From the NCBI GenBank assembly GCA_964187785.1, contig OZ076409.1:56422001-56486000 (forward strand): a DNA stretch of 64,000 nt, in the 5' to 3' direction. Positions within the stretch are counted from its first letter, which is position 1. Every line of letters starts with the position of its first letter. A program made the translations under genes and the position numbers. Positions 51,245 to 64,000 of this stretch are shown here, piece by piece. This stretch comes from Amphiscolops sp. MND2022. Lineage: Eukaryota. The notes beneath the pieces are model-generated. The model did not search any database and was not told where the DNA came from. It saw only the letters and a program-made list of their open reading frames with translations.

Positions 51245-54200
51245 ATAGGGAGCGCTCAACATGGGTGGTGCTTGTAATTCTCTTTCTCCACCAAAGCGTG
51301 CGATTTGTGTTGGAATTCCTAAGAAACATTTTACAAGGTTGCAGGTACATACCCCCACAAGTAGGGAAATACAGCGAGACTCTCATTAGTGTCAATCTTG
51401 AATATAGTTTGGCGAAATATCGGGCGCTTAGGGACCCAAATAAGTGATAACAGGTGAGACACTGCTGGATTACACACGATAACAATAAATGGGCCAAATT
51501 GGAAAAAAGAAATTTTGGTTAGCAACCATGTCTCAGCTATACCCTTACCCCTTACCCTACCCTGCCTACGACCTTGTGCTGTCAGGGGATGGTTGAGTTG
51601 CAGGCAGCGGGGTTATCAGCGCAACTGTAACTGCAGTTGGTCTCTAGTCGGGGCAGAAGAAGAAGCATAATAATAATGACTAGTTCTTGTTGGCTTCTAG
51701 CAGCGAGCAACCCTTCATTAGACCACCAGAGGTGTTCAACAAGGGAAATAGTGGAAATGATGACCATTTTAGCCCTCAGCTCGTCGGAAGGGGAGGCTGC
51801 AATCATTAACGGTAATTGGGCACCTTTCAATCGACTGGGAGAGAGATTAATCAGGTCTTTGTGTATGGCCATCTAGTACCGACCACAACCTCTATTCTAT
51901 ATATTACAAGCAGTTTTGCACCCGAAGGCAAAGGTGTATGTTTAAAAGAACGGCGCCATTGCTATTGATATTACTGCCACTCAGTAAACTTACTGCTGCA
52001 CTACTTGTCCTGTCTCTCCCAGGACCACAGGTGGTTTGCTCATTATACCAAAGTGACGCTTTTATAGTCTAAACAAGTCTTTCTGCCGGTCAAACCTAAA
52101 TAAAGCTGCCAACCTTTCTATTCAACCGAGGTGGGATTTTCGCCTCCATTTGAAAGAGAATTTATCCCTAGTCTTGAAGCCGTGTCAATCTTTGATCCAT
52201 TATTTCATACCGACTGTCGTTTTTCCTCCATGACAACACATTCAGACAACAAATCTTTGATCCCTGGTTTTTTCCATTATTTCCTTTCGCCCCGGTCCCC
52301 TTTATAACCTGACGGTTTCACCACCTAAGCCGGCCAAACACACAACGTAAATAACCTAATTCTCTATTTCACTACTGAAAACACAAAAGATATCAGAGGT
52401 GAACAGAAACTGATTAACATTCATTTTACAGCGTTTCAATAGGCGCAAAAAATCAGCGAATTTTTGCCTGCCACTGCAATTTTTTTTTTAAAAAAAATCA
52501 CAATGACAGCACAAAAAAAAGAAGTTTACGAGAAAAACTGACACCTTTTGAAATATACAGAGGTTGTTTGGTCAAATTTTGACCACTTTTTATTGGAAAG
52601 CCATTATTTAATTGTTTCCACACTTTCAGCTTGGAAATTGAATGAGGGAATGCAAGTTCATATTCAAGTGAATAAATGTATTTATGAGTACCGAAGCCAG
52701 TTAGAACACGGGTGTATTTATTGGAAAGATTCCCCATCGATTGCTAGATATCAATTTGAGGTTTCATTAGTTTGGAACTAATTCAAATCTTGGACTTATC
52801 TTGCATGTTTTTTATCATGCAAATCTTGTAAGATGATGAATTACAATCTTGTAAGACATCGCGGTTATGATAACGTACTCAAAAAACAAAATCTATACCA
52901 ACTGTCAAAAAGGCTGATTTTTTTTCTACTTTTGGCCGTTTTTTTTCAAAACAAAATAATAGTATGATCTATTCAGGTTTGGGCGGCCTATTTCCAAAAT
53001 TTTCATCGTGTGCATAATATAGGTGGGTGATTTGGTTTTCAATGAACATCGAAACTGTGTTTAAAATGTCAGTTCATTCATACCAAAAATAGGCTTTCCG
53101 GCAACATTACTAAAATCACACTTCTAAAGATTTTATTTATTCTAGATTTTGCGTTTTCGGGATCTTAACACGAAAAGTGCAATTCTGTATATATCTAGCT
53201 TTCTGCATTAAGTCAATAATAATATGACGAAATTGATGTGACTGAAACAAAATTTTTGTCTATTAGCATCTTGTTATATAAAAACTTTGAGTAATAAAAG
53301 TCTGCAATAGCTCTTAGAAAGTAAGTAAGAATATATTACTCATATATGAACTAGCGGGGATGATCTTCAACGGATAGAAGACAACGAAAAGTTCTTGCGG
53401 TTCCTCAACTTCTCAGTCGAAGCTTGCATGAATCTCGAATTTTCAATACTTCCCTTGAAAAGATCTTCCAATTTCAATTCGTTTCTTGCAAGATTCTTGT
53501 AAGATAGTTTGGAAGAATATTGCATAGTCTAGCAAGATCGCGCAAGACGTCTTGCAAGATGTTTTCATAAATTATATTTTTTCATCCTGGAGTTGCTATC
53601 AGATCTGTGCTGAAGTTGTGACAGAATGTCTCACAGATCACCCCCTCAAAACTTCGCTAAATTGGTCTAATGCCTTGTCTCCCATTTTGCGTCCAAGAAA
53701 CAAGAAAAGATGAATTAAAAGTAATTGATTAGGGAGACGTGAACAATAGAAGTTAAACTGTTTTTTTTCTCTCAGGGAGCACAGAAACAAGGCTTCTCAC
53801 TTAGTTGGGAGTGTCACGGAGTCTTGTTACAGACAAGAAAGGACACATTGACACCTCCAATCCGGTGAAATTTCATGATTGCATGCAAGCAGCGCTGATT
53901 GCGAAATTAAATTGAGATGCTTGTTATCTCAGTTTTGCGCGCCATTTCACGTGACACGATATATCATCATGAACATAGAAAATAACAGCAAACTATAACA
54001 TGAGTATATACACACACAGACCGAAGGAGTGGAGATAGCAATTATATAATGCTTAGTTAGGTCTTGTCGGTACAGACAGTGTATGGGTATCATTTTGTCT
54101 TGTGTCCTTAGGACCAGGAGGGCATAGATCGCAGCCATTGTGGGCCTATAGTATGGGGTATGAGACACCGAGGGTATGCATTTACCCAAATATCCCGTCG

Positions 54201-55149
54201 CGTTTTTCTCTGCCAATTAAGGAGGAAATTCATTTTATCACCAACTCTTATATTTCCTTCTTCGGAGGCAATTGCACTATTCAAGTATATCTGCTGACAA
54301 TTTGCGCAACAGACAAACCGGAAGTCGCGGAAGTTTCCTAATTCAATTTCCATTCAATTTTCGTCCCCACTAAATACGATTTCCGCCCCGTAATGAATAG
54401 TGTGTAAAATATAACAGTGAATCCCCGCCGTTTAATTAGAACTCGCCTGGCACTAGTCCATCGTGAAGTCTATACGGCCCTTATCCAGGATATATAGACC
54501 ACAAGCATATACATCATCACAATACCTGACGAAAGATATAGGTTTTTGAAATCCCAGCTTCAACAATCGGGTGAGCGAATGCGTGTAATAATTGCAAACC
54601 AAAAATAATGATTGTTACTTTTACTTACACATCGGTAATGAAATTAAAATTGTTTAATTAACTTTTAAAATTCTGTTTGGAAATTGAAAGCAATGTAACT
54701 ATTATGAAACTGAACTAAAAACAAAGTGTGTAAGTTGCATTGAAAACAAATCAGACCCACACTACATAGATCTAGTTAGAACAAATTCGGTTTAGCTTTG
54801 ACACTTAACAACACGGATATTAACGAATGATATCTAAAACAACATTTTTTCATATTAGGCCACCCAGTCTAATATCTGACAAAAAACTCATGATATTTTC
54901 ATTATTACTGCAGATTCTGTTGGGTCTTACGGAGATTTTCCAAAAAAATTGATAAATTTTCAGGATCCAGTGAAATTCTACCGAGAATTCAAAGAGAATA
55001 ACAAGCGAAAGTCAACTGAAACCTGCAAAAATATCATTGTTTCCTGGGTCCGTAATCAACCGCACTTATCAACATTTCGCATCAAAAATACATTTATGCG
55101 ATGCTTATGTCCTGATAGATTCACGCTCAATTTGCATAAAGTATGCTTG

Positions 55150-56147
55150 CCCGTACTGGAAACCCACCGCAACCCACCGGTGACCACCGGTGTATCACCG
55201 GTGGCCACCGGTGGAAGACGTTCATAAGTTTCGATCCGAATTTCCACCGGTGGCCGCCGGTGATCCACCGGTGGCCACCGGTGAAACTTTTTTTTTGAAA
55301 AATTCGAATTCAAAATTATTAATTCAAATTTCGGCGCGTCAAATTTTGACGGTCATTCTTTTTTAGGTTTCATGCATGTTTTTACTGTTATATTGTTACT
55401 TATTGATTTCTGAGGGTTACCTTAATGGCCCGGGTAGCATTAAGGGCGCTTTTCGGCACCGCGCATCCTGCAGCCGCAAGATAGGTAGGATTTTCACCAT
55501 TTTTGGGGGTATTTTTGTTAATTTTTCCACCCGAAAACTAGATTTTGTAGTCAAATTATTTTAATAATTCATTGATTTTAGTGTATCGAAATATAGATCT
55601 CAATTGTATTCATGAGTAGCTTTGAATCCCATGGTTTCCGCAAAATTTGCGCTCTTTTTAGGCTTTTTTGTTGCCTTTTTAGGTGATATTTCGTTAATTT
55701 TTCCACCCGAAAACTAGATTTTATAGGAGTATTACTTTCATAATTCATTGATTTTAGTGTATCCAAATATAGTGATATGAATTGTATTCACTAATAGATT
55801 TGAATCCTATGATTTCCACAAAATTTGCGCTCTTTTAAGGTGTTTTTGGCTGATAATTCGTTAATTTTTGTCTATAATTCTGTTAAATTTCTGCCGATTT
55901 TTGCTGGACCTGCATCATCATTGTACCCTCGGTAGAACAATCGGTGACCACCGGTGGAACTACGGTGACCACCGGTGGAATCTTCGGTGGGCCACCGGTG
56001 GTACTGTGAGTACCTCCATCGGTGGTCCACCGGTGGTCCACCGGTGGCCACCGCAAAATCTGCGGATGCCACCGCAGTGGTCCACCGGTGGGGCTTTGGT
56101 GGAACATCGGTGACCACCGGTGGACTGCGGTTGATTTCCAACCCGGG
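55150..56147. mobile_element. TIR element with subterminal CCACCGGTGG arrays and an internal ~176-bp tandem duplication
   Basis: Left end CCCGTACTGGAAACCCACCGCAACCCACCGGTG matches the reverse complement of the right end, CCCGGGTTGGAAATCAACCGCAGTCCACCGGTG. Arrays at about 55174-55283 and 55941-56123. Repeated block starts near 55517 and 55693. Confidence 0.75.
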
Positions 56148-59100
56148 TGTCCGCAATTAAGAACGAAATCACTGTCCAGTTTTTAAACAAGCCAACAAAC
56201 CGAGAACGACCCACGGCGGCGCCACACTTAAGGCTCAAAAAGAGTGAAGTCTTTCAAATATGCTCCGATGCAATTATTACGAAAATTTCGTCTCACAGTA
56301 TTAAAAAAGTAGGTCATTCTTACGTCTCGCAAAATTCTTTTTTTCTTTAAAACTGAAAATACCACGAAAAATCAAGTTTGTAAAAATACATTTCCTCTGG
56401 ACTTTTACCCTCTAAAAACGTAATGCCGTAAGTGAAAACATTTTAAAATATCGACCTGCGCTGTATTCGAACCGAACTCCTGCTCCTCAGCTTCGCACAG
56501 TGCCAAAAGTATCGTGAATTTAAAAACGAAATTCATATTAGAAGTGGATGCATCATGTTTTGAGGTGATCTGACCAAAAAAAACTAGTAACTGTTGGAAA
56601 AAGTGTCAACCAAAAATGGCATAGGGTATCACCTAAAAGGTATCAACATAGGGTCTGGATTTTGAATCCTTCTCCTCACAAAATAGGTGCTTTGAGCACT
56701 TCAAGTTCAAATATCTTTCTTATTCAGTATTTCCATCACGAACTAAATTGAACTCAATTGATATTAATCTGTTGCCTATTCGTTATTTCTTCAATTGAAT
56801 GGTTTTTATTTAGTGTTTACCTGTAATCTTAAGGTTATTATGATGGTTCCATTTAACGCCCCGACAACAGCGACTGCGAAGGGCCTCTATCAATCAAGTT
56901 TCAAACTTTTTGTTATTGAAATACATGGATAATCATACTACAAAATATGTAAAGAAAATAATAAGAAGTATGAAGACAATTTTGTCGCATGATTACGGAT
57001 TTTTGATAATTTACTTTTCTTATTATGCCAAAGAGGCCGAAATTGTATCTTCGTGTGCTGTGAAAATTCACCAGTCTAAAATTTCGAAAAATGCACGGAA
57101 GTTGACAAACACGGTTTGAATTGGAGAAAAGTCTGCTTTTGTTGTTTTTAATGGGCTTTTATGAAGGAAAATCAATTTTCTCCTCTGAAACGTACTGGAT
57201 TTTTTTAACTCGTTCAATTGTCTGGATAACTTATACTACGAAAAAGCTTGATATTGTACAAATAACACCCTTCAGTTGTGAAGAACGGAATCTTTTAGTT
57301 TTTTTTGTGTATTTGGGGTCAATTTGAGGCTTTTCTAAAGGACGTTTTTGACTTACAGTTTTTGCTGCATAGATACGTTTTTCTTATCTCAACATTGTTT
57401 AACCACGTTGTGGTGTGTGGTATTTTTCAAAACAACCAGAAGATGGACAAAACTTGCAACAAAGTTCCAAAACTGCTGCGGTTTTTGCGCAGATAAACTC
57501 TTTTTAGGTACTTTGTATATACGACATTAGAATACGACTAATTTTGGTTGAAAATGAGAATGTGAGAAACGCGGCTATTCGTAAATTTTCTTTCCCATAT
57601 GGAAATATGGGTGGGAATTATAAAGTTTCATAGAACTTTGAAATACCTGAATTGTCAAGTATTGGCGTAACGTTCGCGAACAAATCAAGGTCAAGTAAAC
57701 TTTTAAAATATTGTAACGTCACCCTAGTTGAAAGTGCTCGAAAGTTTTACATGCTTTTATAGGTTGCAAGGCAAATTTATTAAGTTTTTGCAAGCTGCTT
57801 GGTGAAAATTTCATGCTTAAAATTTTCATGCTGCGTCAAAAAATTTTCAGGTATTTATTAGGATTCCTTTATATTTTGACGGGTTTTCAAAGTTACATCA
57901 AGGAAATTAAACCCAAAATACCCGCGAAATTGTGCGATAGCAAAAAAATGTACAAAATCAAGATGGCCGACCTGGCAGGTCCAAAAAATCGAAAAGGAAG
58001 ACACAAAAAAATAAAAACGCCCCACCCCGTATCCCCAACACCCGAAGACACCCAGAAGAGGCTGAAAAGAGAAGAATCGCCCTCGAAAGACCCAGAAATA
58101 GAAAGAGCGAGTTCTTTAGAAAAATGAAGAAAAAGGTGCAATTCTTCTATGAACAGTACCCAAGACTCAGAACTCGCTAAAAACTGTCCCGAATGCCTTC
58201 CCAGTGCTATTCTGTAGTGAATGTACAGGTCTCCAGGTGCGTGATGATGTTTGACCTAGTGGGTCTTAATTTTAGATCTTATTCCGGAAATTCAATCTAC
58301 TTTAACTAAACCCTATTTTTGGACCTCGGGAGTATGTAGGAACACACAGGAACCTTAGGAAACGTTTTTACGTGCTTGTGGGACGTGTCCGGACTTTGAG
58401 TGTGCCGGTATGTCGCCACGAAGCTCTAATTTGAGGAGTCTCCTTCGACGTATGAAAAAATCCCCTTAGAAGACCATTTGGGATTAAAAACTAATGTAAG
58501 ACACTGGTCTCCTGTTCAAGCATTCTAGGCATTGTCCCAGGATGTACGCTGCTAGCTGGACGTAACGTATTTTTTGATAAGTGTATCTTGGAAACGCGAA
58601 AAAGTTTTTCTCATTCTAGAGAGTGATAACTTTATGCAATTGTTTAAAAGTTGTCTCATATCGACAGTGCGGCAAATGTATTTAAATTCCGAACTAAAAA
58701 CAAAATTTCTTTGCTTTTCATTGAACGTTTTTCGAGAGAAGAATGGCAAAATTGAAACGTTTTTGGATTATCGTGTCGATGATAATTTTAGAACAATGCT
58801 TCAAAAATGCACTTTTTTACCGCTCAGTAAAGTTTCAGAGCCTGCACACAGGAAAAATCCTTTTTTGTAACTTTCTACCCTTGCGAAAGTTAAAAATGAG
58901 ACTTTAATTTGTATTGCACTCATTTCCTGGTCTCAATTAGTTCATATAGCTCAAAAATGAGGATTATTAACAAAATGGTGACAGGTTATTCAAATGGTAA
59001 TTCCAATTAATGTAATTATTTCCTCTTAAGTCTGATTGAACTTTACGAAAACTTTATTACGATTAAAGTATTGAAAGTTATTCATGTTTTTTTTCTACAA

Positions 59101-60277
59101 AAACCTAATCAAAAACCATGAATCGAGTAGCAGGCAACCACGTACCAAAATGTACTAAATACAGAATGTAATGTGACATTTTTTCAAATACTTGTTTTGT
59201 TCATTTCAAACAGCAAAGAAGCCTTATGGAGTTAAGATGGCTGCGAGGCAAGTATGACGTGAATTGCGGATTAATTTTTGACTACTGAGAGAATGTCAGA
59301 ATCTTTTTGGGAAACAAAGAACCTGGAGTAATTTTCCATAGAATGCAGTAATTGAAATCTATTTAAATCTGCGCCACAAAGCACCTGATAGAGGAAAAAT
59401 AGTTTTAGTCTAGCAAACACAGCTAGTGCTTAGCTACAATTTCGAGGCTACTTAGTTGAGAAAATGACGTAGTGTATAGAATGATTGCAGCTCAGCGTTA
59501 CAAGGTTGTAGTTTTTTGTCTACATGAAACATTTGAAAAAAAACATTTTTTTTTCAGTTTAGAAACATCAGTGTATCTAGTTGTAGAACCTCTAGTAGAC
59601 CAAAGACTTAAGATGAACTAGAGTTATATTTGGCAAAAAAATGAGTCAAACTTGGTTCCCGAGGGCCAAAATTCGAAGAGTAATTATGTTCCTTCTTCAT
59701 CCTTACCGGATGATAGAAGTGTATCTTGTGACATGTATAAAGTTATTTTTTGTTTTATAATCGTCCAAATAAATTAACGTTTTTTTTTCAAAACTTCTAA
59801 ACCTTAAGTAAATGGAAATTTAGGGATGAAACAAAATCAGCAACGTTTGCAAGAATTTTCGGCATCTGACACGATCTTTTAAGATCTTGCAACACTTCGC
59901 AAATATGGCAAAGAAGAAGCCAACAGTTCCAAAAATTTTTTACGAACTCTCAATCAATATCAATTATTGTTTCTACAAGTCTTCTATTTTCTTGAGACTT
60001 GTGATGAGATGCTTCACAAAATTACAAATACAATTCAAAAAGTTTGCGTGCAAGACGATTAAATGTAATATAGCCTCATTAAGACTTCCTAGAACCATTG
60101 GGAATGTGAAGTATTGCAAGATCGTGGTAAATCAATTGCAAGATCAAGAGTTTTTTGATGAAAAGAAGTAGAATTCAAATAATTTTTGCCTCACTAGCGT
60201 TCTCAATATGTCCCATGAACGGGTCACTGCGAAAACTGTGATGGAAAAAGCATATACCCAGAGGAATTACTTTAGGA

Positions 60278-60747
60278 CAGGGCTGGGAAAAAACGTGTTC
60301 ATGCAACTCATGCCTTGTCGGACCGCTTCACGAGTAATTTTTTCTTTAGAGCGAGGATAGCTGCCTGAAAAAAAAACAATGTTTTTTTTCGTTATTGATT
60401 AAAACATGTTTTTACTTCTGTTTGAAACAGTTTAAAACAAACGTGCCAGCCTTGCTTTAGGACATTCGAAAGTTCCGTACATGATCGCTAAGGAGAACAG
60501 TTGAAAACTGAAAGTTAAGAGTATAATTCTTCGATATTCATCTCAGATTAAGTAACAGGTAATAGATGATAGATGTCAACTAGATGTGAACTGGACGATG
60601 AGTTTCACTGATGGACTTTTCATTTCGAATTTTTCCTATTTATTCGCAATAATTCATCTATATTCATCAATTCACATGATAAATTCACATTAATAGATGT
60701 AATTTCCAGATGCATTTTATCTGTGCTACAATTTTTCCCAACCCATG
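60278..60747. mobile_element. TIR MITE with 8-9 bp TSD (hAT- or MULE-like)
   Basis: Ends CAGGGCTGGGAAAAA...TTTTTCCCAACCCATG, flanked by ACTTTAGGA at 60269-60277 and 60748-60756. Confidence 0.75.
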
Positions 60748-62505
60748 ACTTTAGGAGACATATGACAAATCCTGTGATTCACGTCAAGGCTCCATAAATC
60801 ATAAATGCTATCAATGCAACTTGCATTTTTCTTACACCTTCTATGCTTTTGGTTCCAAAATGCCCTCAGTTCACTTTAATTGTAAAGTTACTTACCTTTA
60901 TTTGTTCAATTGATTTTTATTAAAACAAGTCAGTTTGTCCCACAGAAAAAATGAGGGGGTGAAAGAAAAATTGACTTTTCTAAAAATAAGATCACCAATT
61001 CAGAATTTTTCCTGTCGCAGATGCTGAAAGTTACACAATTAGTTCGTATCCGAATATGGGATGAAGATTAAAAACCTGCTATGACCTAACAATTTTTCGT
61101 ATTTACTTTCTCTGCGTGACCTAAAAAAGACAATGCGTCATTATTTTTCTTTCAGAACGTCTTAAATTAAATTATCGTTTCAATTTGGGATTCTGAGAGC
61201 TGTAGTAATGACACTTATCAACGGTAGCTTCCAAGAGCCAGTTTTTGAATGAATCAATATAGCAGCTAGTATGTAACTAATAAACAGCCCTTAAACTTTA
61301 TTCTCATTTTACTTTCAAAGAATTGAGCCCAGGAATTACGTTTTTCGAACAATTTTTAGTAAAAGTATTGGCAAAAACCAATCTCTAAGTTACAAAAAGT
61401 TTTTTTTAAAATAAACATTTTTCAATCAGCCACAACCGCTTTCTTTTCCATAAGAATAGCAAACAAGATGAAACATCAAACCTTCAACAAAAAAGTAATG
61501 AAAGGAAGACATAAACTTATTCAAGAAAGCTATCACCGTCAACTTTGATCGATTTTTGATTCAATTACGGAGCTGAATTTTAATTTCATAATAATTTCTG
61601 TTTACTTTTTCTAATATATTTTTTTGGAACTGCTACGTTTGAACAAAAATTCATGTGAAGAAACACGTGAACCTATTAGAGTAAATACTTTGAGTGGAAT
61701 TTGTTCAGCAGTAGTTCAGCAGCATAGGAGAACCTTTGTGCCGTGCTTTGAAAATACAGCAAAGTCTCAGATTTCTCTAGCTGGCGTCGATGGACCGTCT
61801 CAGCGGAGTTGACTTGGGTTTCAATCAAGGATAAACCGAGCACCTAACACTTAATTTTCAAATGGTGACCACTTTTCTGTAGCGCTTTAAAGAAATTTTC
61901 ACTTTAGCCCAGTTGGATTTTGGGAATTTGAAAAGAGATCTTGCGCATTCTATTTTTCCTTTATCGACTTCCAAGCGGCTGAGACAGTGAAACATCAAAG
62001 TAACTAGTTAACTTAATTGCTTTAGGTCAGACACTTGAGGTTTCAATGCTTAAAGCCTTTTCTAATTGTAATCAAATGCCTTCACGTCTAAGAAGATAGT
62101 TCAGCCATAAGAACCGTGGCGACCGCAATAATTTCAATCGCTTTCACGGTCGTTCGAGTATTGAAAACATCGCAACAAGAAATCTTGAGTGGTTTTTTAT
62201 CCACACTACGGGTGCCATGCAAGGCTATTCGTTTTTCATCTCGACAAAGCTGACAGCGCCAAATGTAACTGCTTTGAATAACCATGACATTACCCTCCCC
62301 CTTTTGAAAAACTTTAAAGCCCGCGCTTTTTGTGAACCCGGTTTTTTATCATTCCATTCGAGTCAGTTTTGAAAAATAAAATGATCTATTCGACGGTGAA
62401 TAAATAAAACTAGGTTGGTCAGATGCAACATGTGGTTCAAAAAAAAGACCTTCAGGAGATGGAGTTGAGTTCTGTGAAAAGACACGCTGGTGATAAATTG
62501 ATGGG

Positions 62506-63014
62506 CGTAAAGCGACAATTCGTCCCAAGCGACGTTTCGTCCCAAGCGACAATTCGTCCCAAATTACAAAAAGCGACAATTCGTCCCAAGCGACAATTCG
62601 TCCCATTTTGAAAAGACGACAATTCGTCCCAATTATTAAAAGCTGCAATTTGTCCCCAATTTAATTGCCAATAAAGACCTTTGTAATAATGAATCCGGAA
62701 ATATTACAATTAGAGGCAGGTGCCAACAATTAATTTTAACATTCCACGACTAGTACGTTAAAATGCAACATTTTCTAATTATTGTCACGTGGTTGAATGA
62801 ATTCATTTGTAGTTGGTTTGATTATTTCTTTCGTTTCAACCTTCAAAAGGTTGGTAATTAGCTGATCAATTAAACAATTTGGGACGAATTGTCGCTTTTT
62901 ACAAATGGGACGAATTGTCGCCTTTTCAAAATGGGACGAATTGTCGCTTTTTGGAATTTGGGACGAATTGTCGCTTGGGACGAATTGTCGCTTGGGACGA
63001 ATTGTCGCCCAACC
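62506..63014. mobile_element. Foldback/MULE-like non-autonomous element with tandem-repeat TIRs, 509 bp
   Basis: 6-7 copies of AGCGACAATTCGTCCCA on the left and 6 reverse-complement copies on the right. 9-bp duplication ATTGATGGG at 62497-62505 and 63015-63023. Confidence 0.85.
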
Positions 63015-63310
63015 ATTGATGGGCACGATGTTTAAAACACTGTTTTGAACACATTGGTATTCGCTGCTTTTGTTCTCAAACTTAACAAGATAGTAGAACC
63101 GACCAACTCGGGTCAAACTAAGTTTTTTGCAATTGCGAACAATTTGCGAAAAATACATTGAATTTCCTCATAAGTTTTCAGGAGAAGAAATCAAGAGAAA
63201 TCCGGGAAGAAAATCTTCCATTCCCTAATAGAAAACTCTGGTTTTTTCTCGAATGAAGGAAAATTTAACTCGTAAATTCGATGACTTTCTGAAATCTTGT
63301 TTCAAACTGG

Positions 63311-63370
63311 ACGAGGCTTCTAACGAGCGATCAATTAGTATACTAATTGATCGCTCGTTAGAAGCCTCGT
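63311..63370. repeat. 60-bp perfect palindrome
   Basis: ACGAGGCTTCTAACGAGCGATCAATTAGTA|TACTAATTGATCGCTCGTTAGAAGCCTCGT. Confidence 0.97.
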
Positions 63371-64000
63371 TCGAAAAATTGACATTCAACGAATGACACA
63401 ACTTTTTTGTCACTGAGTTTAACAGGAGCGGAAGAAATAAGTCAGTTCTTAGAGCCTTGTTTGTGTTGAGTTCATGCAGAAGAGCTTACTTATGCATAAG
63501 CTGGAATATTATTGATATAGTGAAGGTTATTTTTTAATGAATTGAAAAATCGTGATACTTCGTTCTCCCTGAGTATTTAGTCCTACTCTCTTAGAAGCTC
63601 TCCTTATGACACTCTTTTCGACAGAATGTGAACGCAAGTTTATAAAGTCGCATAAGACTCAAAAAAGAAGTGCAAACTTATTGACCAGTTTCTTACTCAA
63701 TTGTATCGAAGGTATGGAAACGTTGCATCTACCTGTCCCTTTAAAAATTCTTTCGTCCTAAGTAATAAGCATTTTGTCACCACGGTTAAAGACATGGAAG
63801 ATCTTGCACAACACAACTTTTGCGTTTTCTTGAAAATGCGTAAAATAGTCTAATTGACAGTAGGAATGTAAGCTTTGTTTTTCTGATTTCAAAACTGCTT
63901 GAAATTCTGTTGACCACGACATTCTTCAGACGAACGTTTTCAGTATTGGAGTCCTGTGGAGAGCTGTTTAAAATGATTGAGATATATTTGAAGGACAGAA

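Noticed and set aside
51541..51565. Telomere-like ACCCTTACCCTTACCCTACCC
   Set aside because: Only 3-4 imperfect units, and not canonical TTAGGG or TTAGG.
51582..51872. Minus-strand ORF with a hydrophobic stretch and Cys (VIIIMLLLLPRLETNCSYSC) as the signal-peptide exon of the EGF gene
   Set aside because: An in-frame TGA comes before any usable donor and no phase-1 donor links it to exon A. It cannot be supported without transcript data.
55056..56238. Several overlapping ORFs rich in HRW, PPV and TGG
   Set aside because: They are translations of the stop-free CCACCGGTGG arrays on both strands.
57813..58127. Lys-rich 104-aa ORF
   Set aside because: Low complexity, starts within a MITE-like end, and has no recognisable domain or splice support.
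62511..63010. CRISPR-like repeat/spacer appearance
   Set aside because: Repeats are only 17 bp with 0-10 bp spacers, the two arrays are inverted and bounded by a TSD, there are no cas genes, and the context is eukaryotic.

Overview
AT-rich, repeat-dense eukaryotic (invertebrate animal-like) genomic DNA, not prokaryotic; most listed ORFs are chance ORFs. The window lies inside one large minus-strand, intron-rich gene encoding a multi-EGF-repeat extracellular protein of the Notch/Delta/Crumbs/EYS/fibropellin type. Five exons are recognisable: 47814-47645, 40568-40310, 14101-13431, 12800-12457 and 6962-6818. The last four splice in frame through GT-AG introns, one of them 26.2 kb; start and stop codons were not found in the window. 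The first two exons are out of phase with each other. Between them lie a 200-N assembly gap and a chain of phase-compatible, non-EGF Cys-rich candidate exons (about 42061-40931) with an in-frame TGA, which the ORF track misses; this is the most intriguing signal. The introns contain a 5'-truncated LINE RT remnant, TIR MITEs with clear target-site duplications (TA, 8 bp, 9 bp), DINE-1/Helentron-like elements, and four spacer-less palindromes of 50-148 bp.
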